The translations under genes and the position numbers were made by a program. A model generated the notes under the pieces. It was not told where the DNA came from. It did no database searches and worked only from the letters and a program-made list of their open reading frames with translations. Below, piece after piece: positions 9,421-19,064 of a stretch of DNA of 32,000 bases (the stretch's first letter is position 1; every line of letters begins with the position of its first letter). Location of the stretch: the NCBI GenBank assembly GCA_000008085.1, contig AE017199.1, positions 330,001-362,000 of the forward strand, read 5' to 3'. Origin of the DNA: Nanoarchaeum equitans Kin4-M (GTDB lineage: Archaea > Nanobdellota > Nanobdellia > Nanobdellales > Nanoarchaeaceae).

Positions 9421-9566
9421 CGGCGGCCGAGAGGTGTAACCTATGACTGTCCCGTCAGGGATAGGATGAATAGGTCCCACCGCGGCCGTCGACAGCCCGG
9501 CACGAGAGTCCCCGAGTGAGAAGGCTATGGCCGTCGATGAGCTCGGGTGTTAGTGTGCGGGCAACA
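9421..9566 (+). ncRNA. double-hairpin H/ACA-type guide RNA with two K-turns
   Basis: Hairpin 1 9421-9491 (basal helix CGGCGGCCG/CGGCCGTCG, upper helix ACCTAT/ATAGGT, GA opposite GAUGA) followed by ACA 9492-9494. Hairpin 2 9495-9562 (GCCCG/CGGGC, upper helix CCCGAGT/GCTCGGG, GA opposite GAUGA) followed by ACA 9564-9566. TATA TTTATATA about 25 nt upstream. Confidence 0.8.
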
Positions 9567-9596
9567 CTTTTTAAATGTTATCTTTCTTTTTCCCCA

Positions 9597-9704
9597 ATGA
9601 AGAGATCTAGTAGGAGATGGAAAAAATATATGCAATCTCGATGGAAATGGCAGAAAAAGAGAATGAGGAGAGAAAAACGTAAAAGGAGGATGATGAGGAG
9701 ATGA
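9597..9704 (+). CDS. rpl41e: 50S ribosomal protein eL41 (24-35 aa)
   Basis: ...MQSRWKWQKKRMRREKRKRRMMRR resembles the RxKWRKKRMRRLKRKRRKM signature. Start at 9597 or 9630. Stop overlaps the next ATG at 9701. Confidence 0.75.
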   Translation: MKRSSRRWKKYMQSRWKWQKKRMRREKRKRRMMRR

Positions 9705-10183
9705 AATTCTCACTAAAGGTTTTAGTTATATTCCTTTATAGTGCTTTTTTAATAACATTTCTCGATTTGTATGTTAACTATCTAAAGGGAGAAACATTTA
9801 GATATATATTTTTTGATTTGGTTGGTTATCATATATTTCCATATTTGTTTGTTTTGATAGCGCCTTGGTTACCTTTAATTATTTTCTACCCGGAAAAACT
9901 AAATATATGGATTGCCGGAATAATAGCGAGCTCTTTGATTAACGATTTGGTATGGTGTATATTTTATTCAATAGACAATTGCTTATATAGAGAATTTCTT
10001 TCAAACGATATATGGATGGTTTTAGATATAGGGATAAAAATCAAAATACCGGGGATAGCGATGCTATTTTTTAGTATAGCGAGAGTTTTGCTAATAATTT
10101 ATTTAACTAGAGAGTATCTTTTTAATTTTTTCAGGCAAATAGTCAATATAAAGTTTCCCATTAACAAACGCATAAGGGTATAG
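9701..10183 (+). CDS. hypothetical multi-pass membrane protein
   Basis: Hydrophobic ORF, about four TM segments, ATGA overlap with eL41. Confidence 0.6.
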   Translation: MKFSLKVLVIFLYSAFLITFLDLYVNYLKGETFRYIFFDLVGYHIFPYLFVLIAPWLPLIIFYPEKLNIWIAGIIASSLINDLVWCIFYSIDNCLYREFLSNDIWMVLDIGIKIKIPGIAMLFFSIARVLLIIYLTREYLFNFFRQIVNIKFPINKRIRV

Positions 10184-13141
10184 CTTTTTCTCTAAATATT
10201 GGTTATACAATAAATACTTTACCCCAACTTTCTTTAATTCTTCTATCGAGGCTTTCTCTATATATTGCTGCAATTGATATACGGCATAAGCTTCCTCTAC
10301 TTCATTTAATTGTTTGTCTCCAACTAATTTGGCAACCCTTCTAAAATCTTCGGGGCTATTAACATATAACCTCGCTCTTAAGCAGTAATCTCCATAAGCT
10401 TTTAGTATGGCTAATTTAGATTGCCCATCTAAATGTTTCAAAGCACACTTTACCGAATCATAATCACATAGTTTAGCTTTCTCTATACAGCTTTTAGTTA
10501 TTTCTATTTTGGCCTCTTTTGGAAGTTTGTCCCAGCAACTTACACAACAATTATCAATATTTTTAGCATGGCCTTTTATTTTGAATATCGCATCATATAA
10601 CATTTTATAAGTATCGGAAACAACATTTGTTATTTTTTCTAATAGTTTTTGTATATTTCCTATTAACCCATTAATGAAACCTATTGAATCTTTTAACAAA
10701 AGCAACGCACTAACTGCTCCCGCTCCAACAAATGGTATTGCTGCTGCTCCTGGTATTAATACACCAATGGCACACTCTAATATGGGGAAAACTATTTTAG
10801 CTAATATCATTAACAGGGAATTTACTATATATAATACGGCTAATATGTTTGCTAACATGTATGCAATATCTATTAGCGAAGGCATTTTACCATCTCTAAT
10901 ATTGGCTATCAAAGAATCTACTTCTTTTTTAGATTTGCCTAACATCGCATTTATTTGATCTATTTGTTTTTCCATATTAGAATTGCCCAAATCACATAGA
11001 TACAATAAACCGTCTAATTTGCTTACATCTATGTTTGCGAAATTTTTTAATACTCTCTCTATTTGGTCTTTGTTTTCTCCAACCACTTTGGCATAGCCAT
11101 TTTTTACTTCTAATGACAATTGGTATAAATATAATAAGTTCTTTTTACATTGCGATAATTTATTATAATCGAACCTATTTTTATAATAGTTTATCAAAAA
11201 GTTGAATAGCTTAGAACAGGATAATCGCGTTATAGATGTGTTATCCCAATATTTTACTATTAAATCAGCAACTCTAATTAGCTTGCTATCTAATGAAGGA
11301 TGTTGGTAGAAATCATACAATATGGCCATTTCATTATAAAGCTCTTCCGCTTTCTCCCTTAGCTCTGTGCTATTGTTATATTGTAATTCTTGGGCATATT
11401 GTTTATACACAGATTTTACATATTGATAAGTAAGGTTTGCGGCTTCTTTGACATAGTCCAATAACAAGTTTTTCTCTTTCGAGCTAACCAAATAAGAATA
11501 ATATAAAACTTTGTTTAACCACAAGTTTTTGTTATTGAATTCGTTTATCTCTTTATCTATTTTTTTCGCAATAAATGATATTAAAATTAAGGGATTTGCT
11601 TTATCTCTTATATCGTTTACTATATTGTTAGCGCATTTGTAAACAAATAAAAACCTATAATCGCTTGTATCAACATAAGTTACTTGTTTGTGTTTAGATA
11701 TTATCCAAATTGAGTTAAAATATACGTTACCTTTTCCAGTTTTTCCCTTAGTTCTTAAGAATTTATTACTATTGCTAATTATATATTGGTAGTTAGACCC
11801 AAACCCAAAATACCCGGCAATATCTTTATTACAACTACTTACTTTGGTGTTTAAGCTTTGAACCCACCTTTTTTTGTTTTCTACATAATTATATAAATCA
11901 TATTCATAACCTGCATATTCTTCATCGCCAGCATATACATTGTTTATATTAGAATAGCATTCTTTTAAGTTACAGTTACAATTTAAGTCTGTATTGTTAT
12001 CATTGGAAGCCCAACCATAATTACTATCATATTTGGGAGTAACTATAGTTTTAATTTTCCCTACATTGTTTATTATATCGTAAAATTCCTTCATACGGCT
12101 TTTTATATTAGAAAGATGTGATTTTAGTTGTTTTAAATCGTTCTGCGCTTTGCTAAGCAAATTAGATAGCAATAGCAATATTATTATTAATGGTGCCATC
12201 GTTGTTACATAATCTAAACAAAATCTGCTCGCTTTTATTTTAATTTTGGCTTCATACTCCAATGGGGGTAGTTCTATTTGAGAATCGAACCTATTATTAA
12301 AAACATACGATGGAACAGTTATAGACATTTTTTGATTAACATTTATTGGATTGTTAAAAGAGATAGACAATAAATTATTACCAAAATTGGATATAATAGA
12401 ACAAGCACTTCTTGCTATGCTCTCTATTATCCTATTTAATGGTATTTCAAACCGAGGAATACATACCCCACAAAGAAATGGAAAATTAAAGAATATATTG
12501 CCTATTCTATAATTGAACTCTATTCTTTTATTTATTTGGGCGTTTACATTTACATTGGAAAAACCAACATTGATCGGTTTCCCCTCTAAAGGTTTATTCT
12601 CTATTATCGATTTCTGTATTTCTTCGCCTTTCGCTTCTAATATTGTTTTGCCCCTTTCCTCTTTGGAAAAAGTTTTATAATACCTATTCCCAAATATGTT
12701 GCTATCTAAAATAAGGTTTACCCTAATGTATGGCCATTTTATTTTGTATTTTTCATTAGGGTTTACATCATTGGGAGTGCCTGTTACATAAACTATTGGT
12801 TTTAAACCTATATTTGTGTTAAAATTAATTTTGGGCTTAATATTTAGATTACATACTATGTTTATCCATGGGTTTGTTCCAATTAATGAACTATATCTTT
12901 TTTCTATTTCATTAGGCTTTGGGGGCAAAGGATAATTTAGATTAACCCTTGGATTACTATTTAAAGCGCTTTTCATTAAATTTGGGCTAACAAAATTAAT
13001 CGGTATATTAATATTTGGCTTACCAGGATTGACATTGTATAAACCAGTATATTTATATGTATTGGTTTCTATGTCTATAGATAATTGAGATACTGCTATA
13101 GGAGTAAATATTAATAGTGAGGCCAAAAAGTAATGGCGCAC
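10103..13141 (-). CDS. large secreted/membrane protein, unknown function (1012 aa)
   Basis: N-terminal signal (MRHYFLASLLIFTPIAVS), internal TM segment (YVTTMAPLIIILLLLSNLLS), C-terminal TM pair and Cys-containing region. Confidence 0.8.
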   Translation of the reverse strand: MRHYFLASLLIFTPIAVSQLSIDIETNTYKYTGLYNVNPGKPNINIPINFVSPNLMKSALNSNPRVNLNYPLPPKPNEIEKRYSSLIGTNPWINIVCNLNIKPKINFNTNIGLKPIVYVTGTPNDVNPNEKYKIKWPYIRVNLILDSNIFGNRYYKTFSKEERGKTILEAKGEEIQKSIIENKPLEGKPINVGFSNVNVNAQINKRIEFNYRIGNIFFNFPFLCGVCIPRFEIPLNRIIESIARSACSIISNFGNNLLSISFNNPINVNQKMSITVPSYVFNNRFDSQIELPPLEYEAKIKIKASRFCLDYVTTMAPLIIILLLLSNLLSKAQNDLKQLKSHLSNIKSRMKEFYDIINNVGKIKTIVTPKYDSNYGWASNDNNTDLNCNCNLKECYSNINNVYAGDEEYAGYEYDLYNYVENKKRWVQSLNTKVSSCNKDIAGYFGFGSNYQYIISNSNKFLRTKGKTGKGNVYFNSIWIISKHKQVTYVDTSDYRFLFVYKCANNIVNDIRDKANPLILISFIAKKIDKEINEFNNKNLWLNKVLYYSYLVSSKEKNLLLDYVKEAANLTYQYVKSVYKQYAQELQYNNSTELREKAEELYNEMAILYDFYQHPSLDSKLIRVADLIVKYWDNTSITRLSCSKLFNFLINYYKNRFDYNKLSQCKKNLLYLYQLSLEVKNGYAKVVGENKDQIERVLKNFANIDVSKLDGLLYLCDLGNSNMEKQIDQINAMLGKSKKEVDSLIANIRDGKMPSLIDIAYMLANILAVLYIVNSLLMILAKIVFPILECAIGVLIPGAAAIPFVGAGAVSALLLLKDSIGFINGLIGNIQKLLEKITNVVSDTYKMLYDAIFKIKGHAKNIDNCCVSCWDKLPKEAKIEITKSCIEKAKLCDYDSVKCALKHLDGQSKLAILKAYGDYCLRARLYVNSPEDFRRVAKLVGDKQLNEVEEAYAVYQLQQYIEKASIEELKKVGVKYLLYNQYLEKKLYPYAFVNGKLYIDYLPEKIKKILSS

Positions 13142-13169
13142 AGATGTATAATTAGATTTTATTTAAAAT

Positions 13170-13613
13170 TTATTGTTTAAACACTTGCATAACAACAGGT
13201 ACACCTAAATCCCACACTATAACATTGGCCCCAGGTTCTACTTTGTCTTTTAATTCCTCTGGTACTTTAGCTTCTATAACTTCGTATGTTTCCAAATCCA
13301 TTACTTGTGCTACTACTTCTTCTACTTCTCCTTGTGGAGAAGGTACTTTCCTTTTTTCTGTTGCTATTATTTGGCCTTTAATTTTTTTGATTTGGGGCAC
13401 TTTAATAGGGTCGCTTGTTGGTTTAATTATTACTATTTTCTTACCGCTTGTAACGCTAATTGCCTCTATTCTTGCTTTTGCAGACCCATGCTTTCCTGGT
13501 TTGGATGTTTCTATAGAAACTATTTTATATACTTCTCCATCTTGTTCGTTGTATATATAATTGCCAACCTTTAATTCTCCAACCTTTTTAACAATAACTT
13601 CCATTTCTCGCAT
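13170..13613 (-). CDS. eif5a: translation factor aIF5A
   Basis: SKPGKHGSAKARIEA hypusination loop. Confidence 0.95.
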   Translation of the reverse strand: MREMEVIVKKVGELKVGNYIYNEQDGEVYKIVSIETSKPGKHGSAKARIEAISVTSGKKIVIIKPTSDPIKVPQIKKIKGQIIATEKRKVPSPQGEVEEVVAQVMDLETYEVIEAKVPEELKDKVEPGANVIVWDLGVPVVMQVFKQ

Positions 13614-13650
13614 AGAATAAAAGTTTTAAAAATTTGTTTTCCTTCTAAAT

Positions 13651-14637
13651 GTGAAAGCTATCCTAAAAGATGTTACTTCTTTAGTTTCTAATTTTAATAG
13701 CAAAATAATACAAAAATCATTGAAAGAAGGGAAAAGGGCTTATATTATAGTTTTACCCAAGTTTGCAGGCCTTTTAAAATATGAAATAGGTAAAAGGAGG
13801 GTTGCTAAAGAATTGGTCGATGTTATTAAAAGGTTAGGCGTTAAAGGAATAATACATAGTGACGAATTGCCCAATTACGGTATAACCGAAGAAAATGTTA
13901 AACAAATTAGGGATTTTTTAAACATAAATGAAGAGGACGCTTTTATTATTTATTTGGTTGAACCTGAAAAATATAAAATTATCGCTGAAGCAATAATAAA
14001 TAGGCTAAACGAAATGATAAAATCTATTCCTAAAGATACTAGGCAAGCTCTAGAGGATGGAACTACTGCTTTTCTTAGGCCAAGGCCTGGTGCATCTAGA
14101 ATGTATCCCGAAACGGATCATCCATTAATTTTTATAGAAAAAACAAAGGATGGCTATTTAGTAAAGTATGGAGACAAAGAGTTTATTTATAAACCCAAAA
14201 AAATCGATTATGATAAAATATTTCAATACCTAAAAGAAAAAACTAATGAGAATTTGGCTAATGCCATAATTAAGAGCGAACATGTTTATTACATTATGGA
14301 GCTTTTTGAAAAATACAAAAACATAAAACCAACAATAATTGCTTCCATATTTTTTAACCCTGATGTAAAAATAGACTATAAAAAGATAGACATTGCCCTA
14401 AATGCTTTGAGTAAGGGTTTAATAACAAAAGAAGCGTTAGTAGATGTAATAAATAGTGATAACCCTGAAAAAACTATTAATGAATTAAAAGCTCTATCAA
14501 AAGAAGAAGCGAAAACAATTATTATGGATTTAATTAAAAAACATGGAAAAAAAGCTAAAGCCATAGCTTTCAAAGAGTTAAGAAAAAGAGTAGATCCGAA
14601 AATTATTAATGAAATTTTCCAAGAATTAGAAGGATAA
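13651..14637 (+). CDS. gatE: GatE C-terminal part (AspRS-like insertion, helical and tail domains), Glu-tRNA(Gln) amidotransferase
   Basis: IIHSDELPNYGITEENV and LEDGTTAFLRPRPGASRMYPETDHPLI are GatE signatures. The catalytic cradle domain expected before them is absent. Confidence 0.82.
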   Translation: MKAILKDVTSLVSNFNSKIIQKSLKEGKRAYIIVLPKFAGLLKYEIGKRRVAKELVDVIKRLGVKGIIHSDELPNYGITEENVKQIRDFLNINEEDAFIIYLVEPEKYKIIAEAIINRLNEMIKSIPKDTRQALEDGTTAFLRPRPGASRMYPETDHPLIFIEKTKDGYLVKYGDKEFIYKPKKIDYDKIFQYLKEKTNENLANAIIKSEHVYYIMELFEKYKNIKPTIIASIFFNPDVKIDYKKIDIALNALSKGLITKEALVDVINSDNPEKTINELKALSKEEAKTIIMDLIKKHGKKAKAIAFKELRKRVDPKIINEIFQELEG

Positions 14638-15807
14638 TGGGTTTTTAGTATTATCACATTCAGGGTTTTTACCCCTCTCGCATACACCCATATCTTTATA
14701 ATATTCGGTTCTATCGCAATTTGGGGGTAAATATTGTACACCTTCAGATTCTTTTCTCATATGCCACTCTATTTGGTATTCTATATATCTTTCTCTTAAT
14801 GGGGGGTCGTTTCTTTGATTCCATTCCATTAAAATTCTTTTTATTTCGTCCCAGCTATAGCCTTTTCTTCTAAAATAGTTTATTAGAATAAATACAGCTC
14901 TCTTTCTCCCATCTTTTAACCCTTTTAATATGTTTTGTATGCATGGGGCTATTCTATTAGTTTTCGGTTTTCTTTTGATCTCTTTTATTTTTTCCCATTT
15001 TTCTTCTTTTTGGTATTTGTCAAAAACCAAAGCGTCTTTTATAAATTGCTCTAAGCTTTTGCTTTCTTTTACATTAAAATCCCAATCTACTGGTTCTACT
15101 AATTCGGGAGAAGCTAAGAGAGGTTCGAAATTTGATATGTCTTTTACAGGAATCGATGCTAAGCCCGTTTTTTCATTTAAAGAATAAGGCGCCCTATATA
15201 AATGTCTTTTACTTATTACAACCATATCAACTATAAAATTCTCTATTAATTCATTAGCATCTTTGCCAGTTTCCTCTAACAAAGGTTCCAAATCATTTTT
15301 AATTTTTTCTTTAACTCTTGTAATGGTATAATACAATAATAATCTGGCCAAATCCGGAAACCTATCTTTTAGTTCTATTAACTCTCCATCAAATACTATC
15401 TCTTTAGGGAAAGCTTCCCATGGCACTATTATGTGGAACCCCTTATTACCAGAATATTTTATAAAATGGGGAATTCCCTTGTTTGTTAGATATATATCTA
15501 TTTGTTTAGCAATTACCTTCGATATATCAATATCTTGTGTATCTATATCGAAAACCAAATCCCAACCAATTCTTAATTCTTTTTCGTTCGCTTTTCCTAA
15601 TAAAGATGGGTCTTTCCATCTTTCTAAAGATATATGGAATGACATTGCCCCTTTTTTTACTTCTAACAATAAATCTTGCTCGTATTCTATTATTACAGGC
15701 CTCCTAAAGAAGGATTTGTTTTTTTGATATAAAATCCCAACCTCTCTATTTTCGAAAAATTTTATTATATAAGGGGCAACTTTTTTGTAATATTCTATTC
15801 TATCCAA
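14626..15807 (-). CDS. priS: single-chain DNA primase, PriS catalytic domain fused to a PriL C-terminal-like Cys domain
   Basis: WDLVFDIDTQDI, IKYSGNKGFHIIVPW (PriS). C-terminal CIQNIL...GYSWDEIKRILMEWNQRNDPPL...YLPPNCDRTEYYKDMGVCERGKNPECDNTKNPLSF resembles the PriL C-terminal domain. Confidence 0.85.
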   Translation of the reverse strand: MDRIEYYKKVAPYIIKFFENREVGILYQKNKSFFRRPVIIEYEQDLLLEVKKGAMSFHISLERWKDPSLLGKANEKELRIGWDLVFDIDTQDIDISKVIAKQIDIYLTNKGIPHFIKYSGNKGFHIIVPWEAFPKEIVFDGELIELKDRFPDLARLLLYYTITRVKEKIKNDLEPLLEETGKDANELIENFIVDMVVISKRHLYRAPYSLNEKTGLASIPVKDISNFEPLLASPELVEPVDWDFNVKESKSLEQFIKDALVFDKYQKEEKWEKIKEIKRKPKTNRIAPCIQNILKGLKDGRKRAVFILINYFRRKGYSWDEIKRILMEWNQRNDPPLRERYIEYQIEWHMRKESEGVQYLPPNCDRTEYYKDMGVCERGKNPECDNTKNPLSF

Positions 15808-16096
15808 CTTTCTTTAGATGGGCTGGATGTACTATAAGTAATTTCTTTTCCCCATTGAATTCTAATTCTACTTCATAGCAATTGCCTCTTTTTCCAACAA
15901 CTGTACCAACTAATCCATGGTATCTAGGATGGGGCATCCCATAATGCCAAGAAGGCTCTATAACTATAGCTACTTTGTCATTATTGTTAAACTTTTGCAA
16001 TATCCTAGTTATAGTAAGTTTGCCCCTTTGCCTAGGATGTTTAGAAAGTTTATCTCTTGTTTTTCTTCTAAAGCCTTTGCCCTTTCTATCAACCAT
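15800..16096 (-). CDS. rpl21e: 50S ribosomal protein eL21
   Basis: MVDRKGKGFRRKTRDKLSKHPRQRGKLTITRILQKFNNNDKVAIVIEPSWHYGMPHPRYHG. ATG at 16096; the longer track ORF start is spurious. Confidence 0.95.
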   Translation of the reverse strand: MVDRKGKGFRRKTRDKLSKHPRQRGKLTITRILQKFNNNDKVAIVIEPSWHYGMPHPRYHGLVGTVVGKRGNCYEVELEFNGEKKLLIVHPAHLKKVG

Positions 16097-16124
16097 TGGA
16101 TAGCTATTAATAGACTCTTTATAA

Positions 16125-16763
16125 ATGCAAATGCAGATTGAAGAGCAATTAAAGATTATAGAAGATTTGGTTAAAAAATTAAATGATAGGTTAGCAGTTC
16201 CATATATATGGGAGAAAACTAAAGACCCTTTTTGGGCTTTGATCGCGACAGTTCTTTCTATAAGAACCAGGGAAGAACAAACAATTAGAGCTTCTTTAAA
16301 TTTATATAACAAATATAAAGATTATAAAAATTTGGCTAAAGCACCAATAGAGGAAATAGAAGATTTAATAAAAAATGTTGGATTGTATAAGCAGAAAGCA
16401 AAATGGATTAAAACCATAGCTCAAAGATGGGATTATAATAAAAAATGTGACGAAAGCTTTATAAGGAATTTACCTGGGGTAGGAAGAAAAGTTGGCAATG
16501 TTTATCTTAATTTAGTATGCAACAAACCCTATATAGCGGTTGATGTGCATGTCCATAGGATAGCCAATAGATTAGGTTGGGTAAAAACCAAAACCCCCGA
16601 GGAAACGGAAAAACAGTTATACAAAATAATACCCAAAGAGTATTGGCCCAAACTAAATCATATGCTTGTTTTGTTTGGGCGAAATATATGTTTACCTTCA
16701 AAGCCTAAATGTGATATTTGTCCATTAGATTGTCCCTATAAATACAATAAAAATAAACCTTGA
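16125..16763 (+). CDS. nth: endonuclease III
   Basis: LPGVGRKVGNVYLN, VDVHVHRIANRLG, 4Fe-4S Cys pattern CLPSKPKCDICPLDC. Confidence 0.95.
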   Translation: MQMQIEEQLKIIEDLVKKLNDRLAVPYIWEKTKDPFWALIATVLSIRTREEQTIRASLNLYNKYKDYKNLAKAPIEEIEDLIKNVGLYKQKAKWIKTIAQRWDYNKKCDESFIRNLPGVGRKVGNVYLNLVCNKPYIAVDVHVHRIANRLGWVKTKTPEETEKQLYKIIPKEYWPKLNHMLVLFGRNICLPSKPKCDICPLDCPYKYNKNKP

Positions 16764-17618
16764 ATGGACATAGATAAAATACTAGAAGCAGGGCGAATAG
16801 CTAAAGAAGCCAGGGAATATGCACAAAAATTATGTAAATCTATAACAGATGGATTAGAACTAGCAATAAAAGTGGAAGAGTTTATTAAAAAGAGGGCCAA
16901 ATTAGCTTTCCCAGTTAATGTTTCCATCCATAATGTGGCAGCACATTTTAGCCCTATAGAGCCTATAGAGATGTATGGAGTAGTAAAAATTGATTTGGGC
17001 GCAAATGTTGATGGCTATTTATCAGACACAGCCTTTAGTTGTGATTTAGATGGTAATTACGAAGAACTAGTAGAAGCATCAAAAAAAGCTTTAGAGAACG
17101 CGTCAAAAATAATGAGATATGGAGTAACTTTATCAGAAATAGGCAAAACTATTGAAGAAACAATAAAATCTTATGGTTTCAATCCAATAAAGAATTTGAC
17201 AGGCCATTCTATAGAATATAACCAATTGCATGGGGGATTATATATTCCTAATTATGACAATGGCGATAAAACAATTATAAAAGAGGGATTATATGCTATA
17301 GAACCTTTTGCTACTATGGGAAAGGGCTATGTTAGAAATGGCCCCCCATCTAATATATATATTTTAGTAAAACCTAAGAGAGTTAGAGACATAAGAGCTA
17401 GAAAGGTTTTGCAATACATAATAGAAAACTATGGATGGTTGCCATTCGCCAAAAGATGGCTAATAGAGGAATTCGGCCCAATAGATAGAGAGCTTTACTA
17501 TTTGCTTAAAGAAGGAATAATATATAGTTATCCCCAACTAATAGAGGAAAAACCGGTATCACAATTCGAACATACTTTCTTAGTCCTAAAAGATAAAACC
17601 ATTATCACAACCCTTTAA
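16764..17618 (+). CDS. map: methionine aminopeptidase, type II
   Basis: FPVNVSIHNVAAHFSP, DLGANVDGYLSDTAF, NLTGHSIEYNQLHGG, YAIEPFAT. Confidence 0.95.
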   Translation: MDIDKILEAGRIAKEAREYAQKLCKSITDGLELAIKVEEFIKKRAKLAFPVNVSIHNVAAHFSPIEPIEMYGVVKIDLGANVDGYLSDTAFSCDLDGNYEELVEASKKALENASKIMRYGVTLSEIGKTIEETIKSYGFNPIKNLTGHSIEYNQLHGGLYIPNYDNGDKTIIKEGLYAIEPFATMGKGYVRNGPPSNIYILVKPKRVRDIRARKVLQYIIENYGWLPFAKRWLIEEFGPIDRELYYLLKEGIIYSYPQLIEEKPVSQFEHTFLVLKDKTIITTL

Positions 17619-17639
17619 ATTGTTATTTTATTATACTCA

Positions 17640-17777
17640 ATGCCAATATATGTTTGCTTTAATTGTGGGAGGGAAATAAAAATAGAAGGCAAACCAAGAT
17701 CGAGATGCCCATATTGTAATTCTACACTATTGTTCAAAAAACCCCCAAGGTTAACTAAACATCTAAAAGCTAGGTAA
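17640..17777 (+). CDS. rpoP: RNA polymerase subunit P (Rpb12)
   Basis: Manually translated 45 aa: MPIYVCFNCGREIKIEGKPRSRCPYCNSTLLFKKPPRLTKHLKAR. Below the size cutoff of the ORF track. Confidence 0.93.
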   Translation: MPIYVCFNCGREIKIEGKPRSRCPYCNSTLLFKKPPRLTKHLKAR

Positions 17778-17848
17778 GCCGCCGGCGGGATTCGAACCCG
17801 CGACCTCCGCCTTACCAGGGCGGCGCTCTTCCGCTGAGCTACGGCGGC
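17777..17848 (-). tRNA. tRNA-Thr(GGU)
   Basis: Reverse strand cloverleaf GCCGCCG TA GCTC AGCGGAA GAGC G CCGCC CTGGTAA GGCGG AGGTC GCGGG TTCGAAT CCCGC CGGCGGC T; anticodon GGT. Confidence 0.97.
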
Positions 17849-17904
17849 GTAGGAGTATAGATGCAACATTTAAAAATCTTTAAAATGCAATAATTCGATA
17901 GCTC

Positions 17905-18897
17905 GTGAGTATTTTCAAAGAACTAAGCGATAGTCTTAAACAATATTTAAAAGAAGGCAAAGACCCTTTTCCCGATATAATTGGGAATAAAAAGGCTAAA
18001 GAAGATGTTATTAGTTGTTTGCTTAGTGGGAGGCATTTCTTAATTATAGGTCCCCCTGGCATCGGTAAAACTACATTAGCTAAAAGCATAGCTAAAATTT
18101 TGCCCCCAATTGAAACAGACATAGAACCATATTGGTTAGAAGGCACCCCATTCCCAACAAAGAAAACAAAAAAGAAAAAAATAGAAGGGATAAAAAGGTT
18201 TGTACGTATACAGGGTAGTCCCGATTTGAATCCCGAGGATATAGTTGGCACTATAGACCCAACAAAAGCACTAAAATATGGCATATCCATAGAAAGCTTT
18301 GTGCCAGGAAAGATATTTAGAGCGAATAGAGGAGTTTTATTTTTTGATGAAATAAACAGGGCTCCTCCGAAAATACAAAACCTATTATTACAAGCATTAG
18401 AGGAAGGTTATGTTAGTTTAGGCCCATTCGATATAGATGTGCCTACCGATTTTATATTTATTGCTACAATGAATCCAAAAGAATATGAAGGAACAACCGA
18501 ATTAAGCGAAGCACTAATGGATAGATTAGATATAATCTATTTGGATTACCCTGAAACATTAGAAATAGAAAAGCAAATAGTTTTAGAAAAAGGCAAAAAA
18601 TTAGTTTTATTTCCAGACGAATTGTTAGAAAAAATGTTGTCTTTTATTAGAGAATTAAGGAATGACGAAAATTTAGAAATAAAGCCTAGTCCTAGGGCTA
18701 GCATTGGTATATATGAAAGGGCACAGGCATATGCATTAATTAGAAATTCTAAAAAAGTGGAATGGCAAGACATAGAAAGAGCATTCCTAAGTGTGTTGCC
18801 ATCTAGGATAAAGCTTAAACCACATGTAGCAATAAAAATGGATGAACAACAATATATAAAACAACTTTTGGACAAGGATACTAAAAAAAAACTATAA
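17905..18897 (+). CDS. MoxR-like AAA+ ATPase
   Basis: Walker A GPPGIGKTTLAKS, Walker B GVLFFDEINRA, FIATMNPKEYEGT. GTG start. Confidence 0.92.
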   Translation: MSIFKELSDSLKQYLKEGKDPFPDIIGNKKAKEDVISCLLSGRHFLIIGPPGIGKTTLAKSIAKILPPIETDIEPYWLEGTPFPTKKTKKKKIEGIKRFVRIQGSPDLNPEDIVGTIDPTKALKYGISIESFVPGKIFRANRGVLFFDEINRAPPKIQNLLLQALEEGYVSLGPFDIDVPTDFIFIATMNPKEYEGTTELSEALMDRLDIIYLDYPETLEIEKQIVLEKGKKLVLFPDELLEKMLSFIRELRNDENLEIKPSPRASIGIYERAQAYALIRNSKKVEWQDIERAFLSVLPSRIKLKPHVAIKMDEQQYIKQLLDKDTKKKL

Positions 18898-19064
18898 TAA
18901 TCTCTAAAGCTTTAGCAAAGGGTATACAAAGAATAAATAAAAACACAATAAAGCACAACCCTGACATAATAGGAATCCCAATAGAGGAATTAAGCGATAA
19001 AACAATAAAACAATTACAAAAAGAGAAAATTATAGATGAAGAAGGGAAAATTACTCAAAAAGGT

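Noticed and set aside
9421-9566. RNase P, SRP or 5S RNA for the GC-rich intergenic RNA
   Set aside because: None of the remembered signature motifs (GAGGAAAGUCC, GGAAGGNAGCAG, 5S loop sequences) is present. The twin K-turn plus ACA architecture explains the structure better.
9516-9704. 62-aa ORF as a whole
   Set aside because: Its first part lies inside the ncRNA; only the C-terminal eL41 part is credible.
9688-9704. Possible C box ATGATGA in the eL41 3' end
   Set aside because: No CTGA/CAGA at the correct spacing; the sequence is explained by Met/Arg codons of eL41.
16097-16312. N-terminal extension of the eL21 ORF
   Set aside because: Antisense to nth; eL21 homology begins at MVDRKGKGFRR (ATG 16096).
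17615-17869. 84-aa minus-strand ORF
   Set aside because: It reads through tRNA-Thr and the antisense of rpoP.
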